Made by a program: the position numbers and the translations under genes | Notes under the pieces: generated by a model | Told to the model about the DNA's origin: nothing | Database searches by the model: none | What the model saw: the letters and a program-made list of their open reading frames with translations, nothing else | Source: Perkinsus olseni | Lineage: Eukaryota | Assembly: GCA_013115125.1 (NCBI GenBank) | Contig: JABANN010000046.1 | Coordinates: 62,001-102,830, forward strand | Length of the DNA stretch: 40,830 nt | Reading direction: 5' to 3' | Shown here: in pieces, positions 23,201 through 34,127 of the stretch | How positions within the stretch are numbered: position 1 is the stretch's first letter | Layout: the number at the start of each line of letters is the position of its first letter

Positions 23201-23303
23201 CATGCACGTTGAGCGCCTGCGAGTGTCCGACTGGATCGAGATGAGTGATGAGGAGAAAAAGCAGATGGTGACCGAGTGGTTGGAGGCGGCGCAGCAGGAG
23301 TAA
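20219..23303 (+). CDS. RAP-domain protein with mitochondrial-presequence-like N-terminus, multi-exon
   Basis: Arg/Ala/Ser-rich N-terminus MEPSIRLFRLPLSARMLAAAAGARPWALGRRCVSS; helical exons; C-terminal VFIHVDCGP...LLHRH|VRLAGMHVERLRVSDWIEMSDEEKKQMV fits the RAP pattern. Treating it as one gene is inferred. Confidence 0.65.
20694..20766 (+). pseudogene. Full-length degenerate tRNA (GCC anticodon-like) inside a large RAP-gene intron
   Basis: GTCGGTACC GCTAATTTGGTAGAGC AGTCGA CTGCCAA GCTAG TGGGC GAAGG TTCGACC CTTGC ACGCGGCG: 73 nt, A- and B-box-like, stems poorly paired. Confidence 0.65.
22937..22965 (-). pseudogene. tRNA-like T-arm plus Ser-like 3' end, antisense in intron 22930-22981
   Basis: Minus strand GATC CCAGG TTCGATC CCTGC GGATGACG; splicing joins LPEI|DITYS. 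Confidence 0.72.
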
Positions 23304-23409
23304 AGCTTATTCGTAGTGCTAGTAGAGTTTCTTATCTTACTATCAAGGACGGCGTTGTGTATTGCAAGGGGGGAGCCGCCAGAGTTTCGGTCAATGTGGC
23401 CTTTGTGTC

Positions 23410-24245
23410 ATGGTGTGCTCGAAAGGTCGTCTGCAAGCGTCGGTTGAGGGTTCCCCTGAAGTGGAGGTCCTCCAGGACTCCGACGCAGCCATCGTTCGGT
23501 TCAAACTGGTACCCACGAGAGCTTTGGCTGGGCCTCAGTTTGATTGAGCAGGTGCTGACCTTGCCGCTGTCGATTGTGCGGAACTCGGTGGAGTCGAGTG
23601 CGTCAGCAGACTTGGCCATAGAGTCACAAGTGGAGCCCGTACTGAAAGATGTTGTCCAGGTGAGCAGGATGTGATGTTGATATTCTAGCCGGGAGGTGTA
23701 GGGTTCTATCCTCGGTCACGCTCTTTTTATTACCGCACTAATATCGTGTTTATTGGCTCAGGATGCTACTAAGGAGCCAGAGGATCCTGCAGCGCCTTCC
23801 AAAGAGGGCGTGATGCCCCCACCTGGTTTGGGGTTGGCCTACCGTTCTGAAGACCTCAGTGAATCTACTGAAAATTACCCTTGGAGGTAGTGGGATTTTC
23901 GGAATTTCGTGGCGCAGTGACGCTTCCAGCCTGGCGGGACGGGCTGGCTCAGAGGACCCCTGGAAGCGAGTGCCGATAAGGGCGTGTAAGGAGGAAGCTC
24001 ATTATCACGATTACACGGAGAGGTTCAAATGGGATTGGAACTCGGCACGATACATGCTCCGCGATGCCGAGCAGAGAAACCTACAACGACAGAAGTATCT
24101 TAGCTCGGCCTACGGACAATTGCATCCGCAGGAAGTGGGTTCAATCGGTCGGTGTGTGACTCGCCGATGCCTTTCGTAGGTCCTGGGTGGGCCCTCGGAG
24201 GGGAGGACTGGCGATGAGGGGGAGGGCCGCTACCACTTCGGGTAG
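23410..24245 (+). CDS. Hypothetical protein, multi-exon (may extend to ~24800)
   Basis: In-frame splicing MVCSKGRLQAS...IVRFKL|VLTLPL...KDVVQ|DATKEPE...WKRVPIRACKEEAHYHDYTERFKWDW...QE|VLGG...YHFG*. Confidence 0.55.
23683..23728 (+). pseudogene. tRNA 3'-half-like fragment followed by T5, in intron 23660-23761
   Basis: TTCTAGC CGGG AGGTG TAGGG TTCTATC CTCGG TCACGCTC TTTTT (Pol III terminator-like). Confidence 0.55.
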
Positions 24246-24927
24246 GTCATTTTTGGAATTCTGAATGCTATGAATTGTGTGAGGGGCTGGGCTCCGCGGC
24301 CTGCGAGAAGCTGCGTTCTGTAGAGCCTTTCCCTAATGGATCTCGTTGCCGGAAAAGATCCTAGCAAAAATGAGCACATGTTCGTATCCCTTTAAGAGAT
24401 CATACGGGTCGGAATGTCCTCACTATTTCCTACCCATTTGACGCCGTGTTCTGTCAGTCGTGATGATGACCCGGCTCGAGTTGGATGTGCTGGGAATCTT
24501 CCCAGGGCGGCCGGAAAGTAATTTTCGAGCGCGCCGCTCGTAGTAGTCGGTATTGGTTACACCCTTGTTGGTCTTCTGCAATTTGCAGCGGCTCGTTCTT
24601 TCAGTTTTGCAGGGCATTTTCAGGACAGTGACGAGAACCCGAAGGTAGGCCTCGTGCCCGCTTGCCGAAGCGTATCTTATCTTCACCCAGGCGCGAGGCG
24701 ATCGAACTACAGCATTGAGCTCCTTCGGCGAGGACCCATCCCGCCAGATGATCGACATGGTGGCGGGAGGGGAGGGCGAGGAGGGCTGTAGGCAACAATG
24801 ACCCATCAGCATGTACACTGTGGCTGCCTTTTTGGTGTAGCATTATTAGTGAGTATTCTGACTTCAACTCATCGCGCCGAGTTGCTGGTTTCGAGCTTAC
24901 GAGCAGCATTCTGTCTTTTCGCCCTCT

Positions 24928-25171
24928 ATGGATGATATCCTAACCTCGGATACTCCGACCATCCCTGCGCCTACCGAGAGCCCCTTGTCCAGCTCGTCTG
25001 CCTTCATAACGAGCTACCCAGCTGTTCTGCTTGCCTTGGGCCTGATGCTGCTCGCGTGGCTGGTGACCATATACAATTGCTTCCAACATCTATTGAACTA
25101 CTCCAGAGAGGATTTGCAAATGCACATTATCCGCATTGTGAGCTCGTTGCTAGCGGAGCGTTTCTTTGCCC

Positions 25172-25211
<40 letters not shown>

Positions 25212-26732
25212 AGGTCTTGGTGGCCCCCCTGTACGCCTCTGGGGCCTTCCTTGCGGTATGCCTGTCGAACGTAGACTTGGGGGTGCTTCTGGGGTCCATA
25301 CCCGAGATATGGGAAGCGGTGGTGGTCTACTCCTTTTTCTGCTTGATTCTGACGTATGTTGGCGGGGAGCACAATTGGATACAAAGTGAGTGACGGGCTT
25401 CGATGAGAAGCCCACCAGATTCCGTCACGCGCCACGAAATTCTGCTGAACAGGTACGCAGTATACAGCGCCGGATGGTATCCAGCAGCCGTGGCCACTGA
25501 ACAAGTGTTTTGGGAATCTTGCCCTCACGTCGGAGTTCCTCAGGGGAATGAAGAGATGTGTGCTTCAGTTTGTCGTATTGAAGCCGGTCATGACGGTCAC
25601 TGAAATTGTAAGTGTGCCAGCCGCCGGGATCGAACCTGGGTCCTTCGCAAGCGAGAGTGAGGCGTGGCTCATTTTCTCTCAGTTAATGCACATTCTGGGA
25701 CAGAGCGATAGTAAAGTGTGGACTATCATTCGGGAGGTCGCTTATAACTTATCATACTCGGTAGGTCTCTCTCGGGATCCAGAGGTCCCAGGTTCGATTC
25801 CTGCACCCGTCAGGTTGCACTATATGCCTTGGGCCTCCTGTACATATCTTCTAGACGCCATCCGAGTCTGCGAGACAAACGGCCCCTGGCGAAATTCGTC
25901 TCGGTGAAGTTGGTCATCTTCGTCACTTTCTGGCAGCAGTACTTCTTCGACCTCGTTTTCTCGAAGGATGATGAGGCGATCGGCATCAAGTGGAGCGCCT
26001 TCGTCGTGTGCATAGAGATGGCCATTTTCGCCATTCTCCTCACCTCCGCCTTTACCTGGCGGGAGTTCGAGTTCGAATGGGTTGAAGCATCACCTCCTAA
26101 AGTTGATGACATTGAGATGGACAAGGTTGAAAGTGAGGCCGCCGCGTTTACAATCGAAGAGACGCTTCTTGTGCTCCGATACATTTTGTCGGGCCTCAAT
26201 TCGTCCACCATGCTTGGGGTTGCCAGATGTTCTGCTTTGCAGGTGGTGTCCAGGGTGAGGATAGGGCCTCGACGGATGGGGAGCAGAGCCCTCGGGAGGA
26301 GCGGCCATCCGAGCCCGAACAGCAGCAGCCAGCTCACGTTTCTTATGGTCAGTTGTCTGCGCGCCGGAGTGTGTGTTTGATGGTCGTGCTGGCATTAGGT
26401 ACGAATAGTCGTATATTACCAACACAGGCGGACATACGGTTGGCCTTGGCGAATGCAAAGCGGTCGCTGTATCCGTCGGACGTGGCACTGGATACGTCCA
26501 GAAACTGGAGTACTCGATATCAAGGCCACGTGAGTTTCTGACCTGTCTCCTACGATCTGCTATGTATTTTTACGTTGTGCTGGCATTCATAGTGAAGACC
26601 ATTTAGGTACTGTTGGAGACCAGTCAAGCGTTTGTGGGAGAGGAGGATGAGGAGCTGGAGGAAGCCTCCGAAGCTCGGAAAGAGGACAGCATCGCATCAC
26701 CCGAAACTAACTCGGAAAAGTCGGTTGAGTGA
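24928..26732 (+). CDS. TMEM184 / organic solute transporter OST-alpha family membrane protein, multi-exon
   Basis: QHLLNYSREDLQMHIIRI|VLVAPLYA, EIWEAVVVYSFFCLILTYVGGE, MKRCVLQFVVLKPV, YNLSYS|VALYALGLLY, PLAKFVSVKLVIFVTFWQ, VCIEMAIFAI. Confidence 0.93.
25174..25210. repeat. (GCTT)n tetranucleotide microsatellite in first TMEM184 intron
   Basis: gcttgcttgctt run of about 9 units before the CAG acceptor. Confidence 0.9.
25615..25657 (-). pseudogene. tRNA 3'-half-like fragment antisense in TMEM184 intron 25608-25682
   Basis: Minus strand CTCTCGC TTGCG AAGGAC CCAGG TTCGATC CCGGC GGCTGGCA; splicing joins VTEI|LMHIL. Confidence 0.75.
25771..25813 (+). pseudogene. tRNA 3'-half-like fragment (Pro CGG-like loop) in sense orientation filling TMEM184 intron 25761-25813
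   Basis: CTCGGGA TCCAG AGGTC CCAGG TTCGATT CCTGC ACCCGTC AG, ending at the acceptor; splicing joins LSYS|VALY. Confidence 0.75.
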
Positions 26733-26992
26733 GCACTCCGTCACGCGCCACGAAATTCAACCGTGTTTCTCTCGCTTAGAAGTCCCCGACGGAAAAGCCT
26801 CAGCGATACCGACTGAGCCCCTTCTTGGTATTTTATGGTTTGTATTAAAACTTTCATGGGCCTCTCACCGGTCGCACTATCATTGCTGCTACACTTCATT
26901 CCGAAACAAAGAAGAAGTTCAGAACATTCCGAAAAACAAGATTTTTGTTTTTCGTGGTGGTTGTGCGATCCGTTCGTTTAGTGACTCCCACC

Positions 26993-29900
26993 ATGCCCTC
27001 TAAGCATGCAGCGAGTATAAAGGCTCATTCGTCCACTCCCGAAGGCCACGCTGGTCCGCCCTCGGTGTCCAGCCACGGCAGCATCCTCGGCAGCCCGGAG
27101 CTGGGGCCAAAGAAGAGCGATGGTGAAGATGATCATGAGAAGCGAGACTCTCGAGACTCCGTATGGTAGGTTGGGGTTATATGAATGGTCCGGCCGGTGT
27201 CCAGTTGGCGTCCCTAACGTATCTTGTTCATAGTGCGTCGACGAAGTTCCTGCCTTTCCGCATTGTCTCTGGACGCGCTTTTGACGACTTCCTGACTGGT
27301 TTGCATGTAGGGCGGTTGGGAGAGAGAAGATGGAGCTTGTGTTGAAGGACAACGACTCAGAGTTCCGAGATCTATGCGACGAGAAGGAGCTCGGGTAGGT
27401 GCAGCCGCGTCCTTCTACACCCGTTTTCGATAGTGGACGTTATAATAGTTCGTAAGTATTCCTTATGCATCCTTAGTCATATCACTAATGTGCTGATAAG
27501 CTTATATGAACTTAGCGTGATAGAGCGCCCCGAACCTTCAGGATCGTAATATTATAAATCCAGTATTAGAACACCATAGAGGGCCCGACCTTCAGGATCG
27601 TAATATTATATATCCAGTATTAGTATCCAGTATAGAGTATCCACTATTCAATCCACGAGTGTCGAAAAATGTGGTATGAGTAACCAGTGAATAATATGCA
27701 CTGAGTTTACTTACTATTGTGATGCCTCTATTCTTAGTTGGCAGTCAAGAGCAGTGACCCTGTTGTGGAACCGGAGGAAGAAGAATTTCGAAGACCAAGC
27801 CCTGGATACTCAGAAGGCCACGCGAGTTCGATTCACCCCGGAGGAGAAAAAATATTTCGAATTCTACAGGTAACTTTCCGACCATCGTCATCGCCTTTGA
27901 TGCTGCGTTATCTCCAGGGGTCGGTTGCCCCAGATGTGTCCGGAGGTGTTCATGAAGCTGCCGTTTCGCTCCGCTGTTTCCGACAAGCTCGAGGACGCCC
28001 CGAGAAAGATCTTTGTGGATATCGGCTCGGCTCCGGGAGGAATGAGTAGGCAACCTTCATGCCACAAACCTTTGCTGTGCGCCTGAGAATCTTTTGCGAT
28101 GTCGTAGTGTCTTCTGAACATTATAGGTAAATTCTTGCTCACCTCCCTGCACTGGTCCAAGGGGCACGCTTTTTCATTAGCGCCCGAAGATGGAGGTAAG
28201 CGGAGGATTTCGCTACACCGTGCCTTTCGATAGTGCTGGGATTGCTAGAAATGAAACGATTGACGTGGGAATATCTTGCCTGTGGAAAAATGTACAGCGC
28301 GTGCCATTTTGATATGCAAATCGCGAAATTTGACGTAACTTCCAGGATTTTACAAATATCTCGACGAGTTGAAACTTCAAAGGAACATAGAGAGAACAAA
28401 TACTGAATGACTTACTAATATACTAAAACCGTTTCACCACCCATTAACGAGAAACCGTCAGTAACATGATTTTGACAGAGGTGCCAGTTCACGGAATCGA
28501 TTAGGAAATGGTGTAGTAGGCCGCTCGTCAGTGGCGCTGGGATCGCCGTCTCCTGGGCAAGCCCCGATGGATTTCCTCAGGCCTTGAGATGAGGTACCAC
28601 AACCCCTCCCTGAAGTTCGAATGTGCGGATCTAGCCGAGAACGGCGCCTACAAGCGTATCGCCTCAGCACTGGAGAGCCGGGGATTCAAGAAGCACTCCC
28701 TGGACTTCATCAACTTAGGTATGTCCTCAGTGTGAATGATCCTGCCCTTCGTTGCATTGAGAGTGGTAGGTGTTGTCATTGATGTGGGGCAGTGCAACAG
28801 AGACGACGACCCTTACGTGACTGCGAAGAAGTCGGTGGAGGTGTGCAGGAATCAATTCCTGCTCATGCTCGATTTCCTCAAACCCGGCGGCTCCTGTAGG
28901 GCGTCGCGCGGCGAAGTCGAAAAAACATGCCGGGTATTCATCAGGCATGTGGATCCACAGCGGCTCCCATCTGGACACCTATCTATTCTATCTCAATTGG
29001 CTCAACCGTATGTTCGAGCGCTTGAGGGTCACCAACACGCTGGTAAGGCCGGTCGTTTAACCCGAGGCGTCATGCCGCTTGCCGCGTCCTAGGTACCGAG
29101 CCGGAGCCCTGTGTACACTATTGCTGAGAACTTTATACCTGGTGACAGCGACGCCGCATTAAAAGTAGGAGGCTATCAGGTCGCTTACGGTGCAGCTTGT
29201 TTCAGGCATGCGACGATTTCCGAGAGTTCCTGCTTTCTCACCCGGCCGATCCCTCAACACCGGAGATATGGCAGGTGGACTCTGTTGCGTCGCTGTGCAT
29301 GATGTGCCAAAGATACGAGTGTCCTGAAGGAAAAATATTATAGATTAGCATGCCCTGATAACAGAAGAATCTCATAACGATATTCGACACCACTGGTTCA
29401 CATTTTTCGTTCAAAAAATCACCCGGTTTCACCCGCTTCAAACAGCAGAAGTCATGATACTAGGGAGCGTGCATTTTTCCCAGGCAAATCCGGAAAACGA
29501 AATTTATTTTCGTTCACAAAGAGCTTTCGAACTTGACAGTTGGCTAGTCTTTACGTTTCGAAGTGTGGGGTTAAGTGATATATGGATCAACCGTTTCACA
29601 AAAAGTGTGCCTAAGAAAAATTCTCGCTCCTTTGTAACCGGGAAAACAGCACCACACGCCGCGGTAGATGGCGTGCCATCGTCGTTCAGGGTTGAATAGG
29701 ATTGCTCAGGTGAGCTCGTGGGCAGAAGTGCAGTCATTGCTCAACCCCAACTCCCAGCTGTTGAAAGACCTTCACGCGGTATGGAGAGAGAAGCGGGAGA
29801 AGTAGGGGAGTGTTAATCGATCATTTGGGCGAGCGCTTCTTACTTAGAGAGGTTGTGGATGAGTTCTTGTTAGGCTGGCTGGGACTCGTATTAATGCTGA

Positions 29901-30320
29901 ACGGTCTCTAAAGGAGGACTGCGGCGGTGACGAGCAACTCTATTTATCCAATAAAAACATACAGCCCCTCATGAAGGACCTCTCTGGGGTGAGTGAACGC
30001 GATGGTTGAAATGCCCGCTGTGGGATTCGAACCCGGGACCTCGGGCATGTGCGCCACTCAGGTCCGTGGCCGTGGTAACGACACGAGCGGAGATGAAGAC
30101 TTGACGGTTCCCACTGAACAATACACACACGTAAGATATCGCTTGCTGCGGGTGCAGTGACGGTGGTCGATCTCAGCCTCGACTCTATAACGAATCGCCA
30201 GCCCTGGCGTTCTGCGCTCTAGCAGCGTCAGAAGGGAAGGGCCGGAAGGAAGCGGCGCCAGCAGCGCCGCCAGCGCCCAAGGTCTCGTTCCGACCCCCGA
30301 CCAAACCCAGGGGCCTATAG
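26993..30320 (+). CDS. FtsJ/RrmJ-like SAM-dependent 2'-O-methyltransferase domain protein, multi-exon
   Basis: EFRDLCDEKELG|WQS..., KIFVDIGSAPGGMS|KFLL (FtsJ motif I), FECADL, NQFLLMLDFLKPGGS; final exon ends PTKPRGL* at 30318-30320. Confidence 0.8.
27520..27648. repeat. Tandem ~50-bp duplication plus TATCCAGTAT sub-repeats in an FtsJ-gene intron
   Basis: 27520-27569 and 27576-27623 share ACCTTCAGGATCGTAATATTATA.ATCCAGTATTAG; further TATCCAGTAT/TATCCACTAT units follow. Confidence 0.85.
30012..30043 (-). pseudogene. tRNA-like T-arm plus acceptor fragment antisense in FtsJ-gene intron 29989-30176
   Basis: Minus strand CG AGGTC CCGGG TTCGAAT CCCAC AGCGGGCA. Confidence 0.75.
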
Positions 30321-31195
30321 ACTGACTTGTTCATCATTTCACATCCGTTTTGTCTTGTGTGAGTCAATCGTCATTGACGACTGGGCGAGAACAAAGCGAA
30401 CCTGAACTGCAGCGACATTTTTGCTGCTTGCGTGGATGCTCGAATGATACCAATGGCAACGGTATCGTTACCAATTCACTCATTGAGACTACCGGACCTC
30501 GGAGGCCCATGCCCGGGCGCTGCCAGGGCCTTATCAAGGGGAAGCATGTGAGTCAAACTCACCTGCTCGACTGTATATTGCAGCTCGGCGGATGTGAGTG
30601 TGGCGTGTAGAATGTTCCGGTCCTACTCAGCTCGCCTGGAGAGGAGGCGCTGACGATAGGCCCGGGTGGGCCAGCCCGTTTTGTGACCGATCGAGAAGTG
30701 TCGCCGGCTTGTGAGGGGCTCCAGGCGAGGTAGATGGCCTTCGTGACGCCTCCGGTTTTTACCCCTTGTGTTAGCCTCTCAGTACCATACCCAAGTGTCA
30801 AGCCTGCGAGTTCCTATGTGAGCCGTTTCGACCGGCAAGCGGCCATGAGGTCGCTGATGGTGGCGTTTGTGTAGGTACGGAAGGGTTCTCCTCACGGTCT
30901 CATGGTCGGGGCTCGAAGAAGTTATTATAGGGTAACCGTAACGGCAGCACGCTCGATCGATTCTAGGATGGGTGTCCTGCTGTTCAGATCGATACGTTGT
31001 CCCCGCACGTACGGGATGGCCTGGAGTTGTTCGGAAGCCATTTGGAGTCCCATTGTTCTCTGTTGAACGAATCCTTTGACGATACATCGTCGAAGTAGAC
31101 CTCGTTGTGTTGTACATAGTGAGTGGTCTTTGAGTTAATAATAATAGGAAAGATGAGGCCAGAAGCTTAGCGGGAGTAACTAGATAGATTTAATT

Positions 31196-31222
31196 GAAGT
31201 GTGCCGGGGTTGAACCTGCGCG
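31196..31222 (-). pseudogene. Intergenic tRNA-like T-arm fragment
   Basis: Minus strand CGC GCAGG TTCAACC CCGGC ACACTTC. Confidence 0.55.
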
Positions 31223-31650
31223 GGGTTGGCGGAACGATATTATGGCATAGGAACTTGCCCACTCGAACAAATTCACACGCATGAAAGAATGACTGGAAGC
31301 ATTCACCCTCATCGCTCTCATATCGGTAGGGGTACATCTCAGTGAGAGTTCTTGCAGTCAGTCTCACTTCAACGTTGCACCTGAAGCATCTTCATGTTAC
31401 GCGACGGTTAAGTCCGACCCTACAGTAGTTGATTAATATTGCATGCCCATACCCAGTAGCTCAAGTAGATTGCGGCGATCGAGCTCTCTCTCTGGAGGGT
31501 ATAGTCTGGTAGGGCACGGTCGAACAACACCGTATCAACGTGTGACCTAATCAATGGTCTCATTTTTGCCCTCGTTCTTAAGACCCTTCAACTTCAATTT
31601 ATATCTTACCGGTTAGTCATCTTCTATTCACGTTCATTTGCACGATAGAG

Positions 31651-33944
31651 ATGGTCTGCTTGGGGGCCGTTGATGGCTCTTCTCTTTTCAAGGTCAGTCT
31701 CATCTTTGCTGCTGCCATGGGGGGAGTGTGCATGCAGGCTGTACAACTGTTGCTGCCGGCTATCAGATCCCAGCCCAATGGTGATGACGTCAAGCAGCAG
31801 AGGACCAACCCGCCTTCCTTCTATCTTCTCGTGTTGTAGTTGTGCTCCCCAGTAGTACCCTCCGTGGTGGGGCCCTCCTGACGCCCGACCAGGATAGTGC
31901 TGAGTTGAGGTCTGCAGGAGAGGTAATATTTGCTGATGGGAACCAATGTTCTCGGTTGGGCAAAGTCCGTTAACTTACCTTTGTTTCTTGACGTGGCTTT
32001 CCTGCATCAGTCCTCCGCGACGGATTCTAAAGACCAATTAATAGCAGATCTCCGCCGACAGCTAATGGAAGCGAAATCTACTGGTACTAGATCTCACGGA
32101 TGAGTCGCCTAGCGGGCTGTCGTTCTCTCGTCTATGGGTGCTCCTGTTGACGAATCGCTTCGTCAGGAGGTTCGGGGGAAGGCTCGGGTGGTGGTGGGAA
32201 GTGCCTGGTGGACGCGAAGAGGCGACACATGCGTATGTTCGACATGCTCAGGCTCGCCAACTATGACTGCCAATCTAAGGGAAAATTGATCGACAGGTAG
32301 TCCCTTGACAACCCCGAAGAAGGGAGGTACCATAAAACCCTCGATTCCTACGTTGTGGGAGATTCACGCAGAAATCTAGGCCTTTGTGGGTCCGTTCGGA
32401 GCAGCCTGTGCCTCGTTTGGGCCGTGCGAATGACCCCTGGTGTATCTGGTGGAGTAAGGTTCCTGCTGAGCAGTTACAAAGACGCTGTAGTTGTAGAGGT
32501 AGGCTCGTACTTGGGGGAAGAGTTGAAACAATTTACTCATGCCAAGAAGGTGAACTCAGCGTGAGTTGAAGGACAGCAGTGAGCCACGCGGCAGGTTTAC
32601 ACGTTCGAGCCAACTCCGGCGAAGAAGGCTAGAATAATGAAGGCTATTAAGAAACGGAATATGGAGAATATTGTGGAGTTTTATCAGGCAGCTATCACTG
32701 ATAAGACCGGTAGCTGTCATGAGTTTCAACATATTAAATGCGATAAGAAAGTTCATGTGATACTGCATATCATATTCTTCGTTATATTGTATTATGTTAA
32801 TACCCCTTTCCTGCCTGCCGAGGCCTTCGATTCATTCGGGACAGTCAGGTACGGTTAAGCTGCACTTGGAGTGTGCCCACTGGAAGCAGCAGTCCAAGGA
32901 GGGCTGCGTGTCGAGCCAGCAGGGTGGGTCAACCCTTCCCTTGCGGTAGTAGTAGTGACGTTTACAGTAGATACAGTAGGGGCACCACCACCGTGGCGAA
33001 GTCAGGAGTTCTTTGACAAGTACTCGATTGACGTGCCTGTACGATCGGATGGAATGCGGCCGGGCGGGAGCTGGTCACATCGCAGGCGTATCGCTTGGAC
33101 GACCCGGGCTTGATAAAAGAGCACATAACACTGTTGAAGGTAGATGTACAGGGCCATGAATATCAGGTAGGGCGCGCGCTTTTGTTTTCTATTAGATGTA
33201 TATTTGACAAATTGTGGTACTGCCATGGCAGGTGTTGCGAGGGGCGGAGCGGATATTGCGAGAGGACCCACCGGATATGCTGCATTTAGAGTTCAGTCCA
33301 CAGTTGATGAGAAAGAACAATAATGGTGATAATTTTGGGGCTTTAAAAAGGCTATCCTATTCGAAAAATTTGAGAAATTCTATTTTGCTGTTTTAAAATT
33401 TGTGCAAAAATTTTTTTGGGGGGCTTATTGGAGTTGGAAGTGGTTGCGAACGATGTTGGTCGTGGTGTCTGGTTCCCCTTGAAGGGTTCCTCAGGTTTGG
33501 AGGGCTCAGTAATGCTTGAATACATCTATTCCTTTGGGTATATCTGTTTTGATTGTGCAGCCTTCACGCCGCCAGCGATGGACAAGGATAAGCGGGACAT
33601 TCGAAGGTGATGCTCGAGAGGGGGGAACTTCTAGAGGCGTTCAGCCGTGGTGGCGGGCCCTTGCTTTTATTCTTGGAAACTGGGGCGCATTTTTTGGAGG
33701 AAAATTGCAGTGACTCACTCCTGCGATGAGGGAATAACGGCGAGATGCCTTCGTCCTCGACATTTGCCAATTTCGAATATCGCTAGGACTAAGTTGGAAC
33801 GTCTTTCAATAGCCCGGCAGTGATAAGGTTGTATGTAGTTACCACAAATATTTCGGTTCCAACCCTTACGATGGTCAGCAGGATGATACAGGGTCGGGCA
33901 AGGGGGACCATGGGCAATGGACTGACATACTCTGTGTTATATGA
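31651..33944 (+). CDS. FkbM-family (Methyltransf_21) methyltransferase with N-terminal hydrophobic anchor, multi-exon
   Basis: VVVEVGSYLGE, VYTFEPTP, FYQAAITDKTG, SLDD...ITLLKVDVQGHEYQ|VLRGAERIL, LHLEFSP, GQWTDILCVI*. Confidence 0.88.
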
Positions 33945-34127
33945 CATGTTATTGAACAATGAAGCTTCTGGCCAGGGATGCGTCTTGTTGGAGTAGGGGA
34001 AATAGCGAGCTTGGTGGGGAGTGCACTATTTATAGGAAGTGGGCCCTAGCATGCGGGAATATGGCGGACTAGGAATCCTTCCCGGAGGAGTACTTGTCGT
34101 GTAGGTTGTTGTCCTGTTGATCGCGTG

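Noticed and set aside
23683-23689. CTA (amber suppressor) anticodon in an intronic tRNA-like fragment
   Set aside because: No 5' half and unpaired stems; cannot be a functional suppressor tRNA
27810-27850. GAGTTCGATTCACCCC B-box-like string
   Set aside because: Lies in an in-frame FtsJ-gene exon (KATRVRFTPEEKKYF); coding explains it
30400-31150. Possible degenerate retroelement or gene remnant (also 10500-11470 and 40404-40778)
   Set aside because: No RT, integrase, gag or other recognisable motif, and no consistent exon chain could be built
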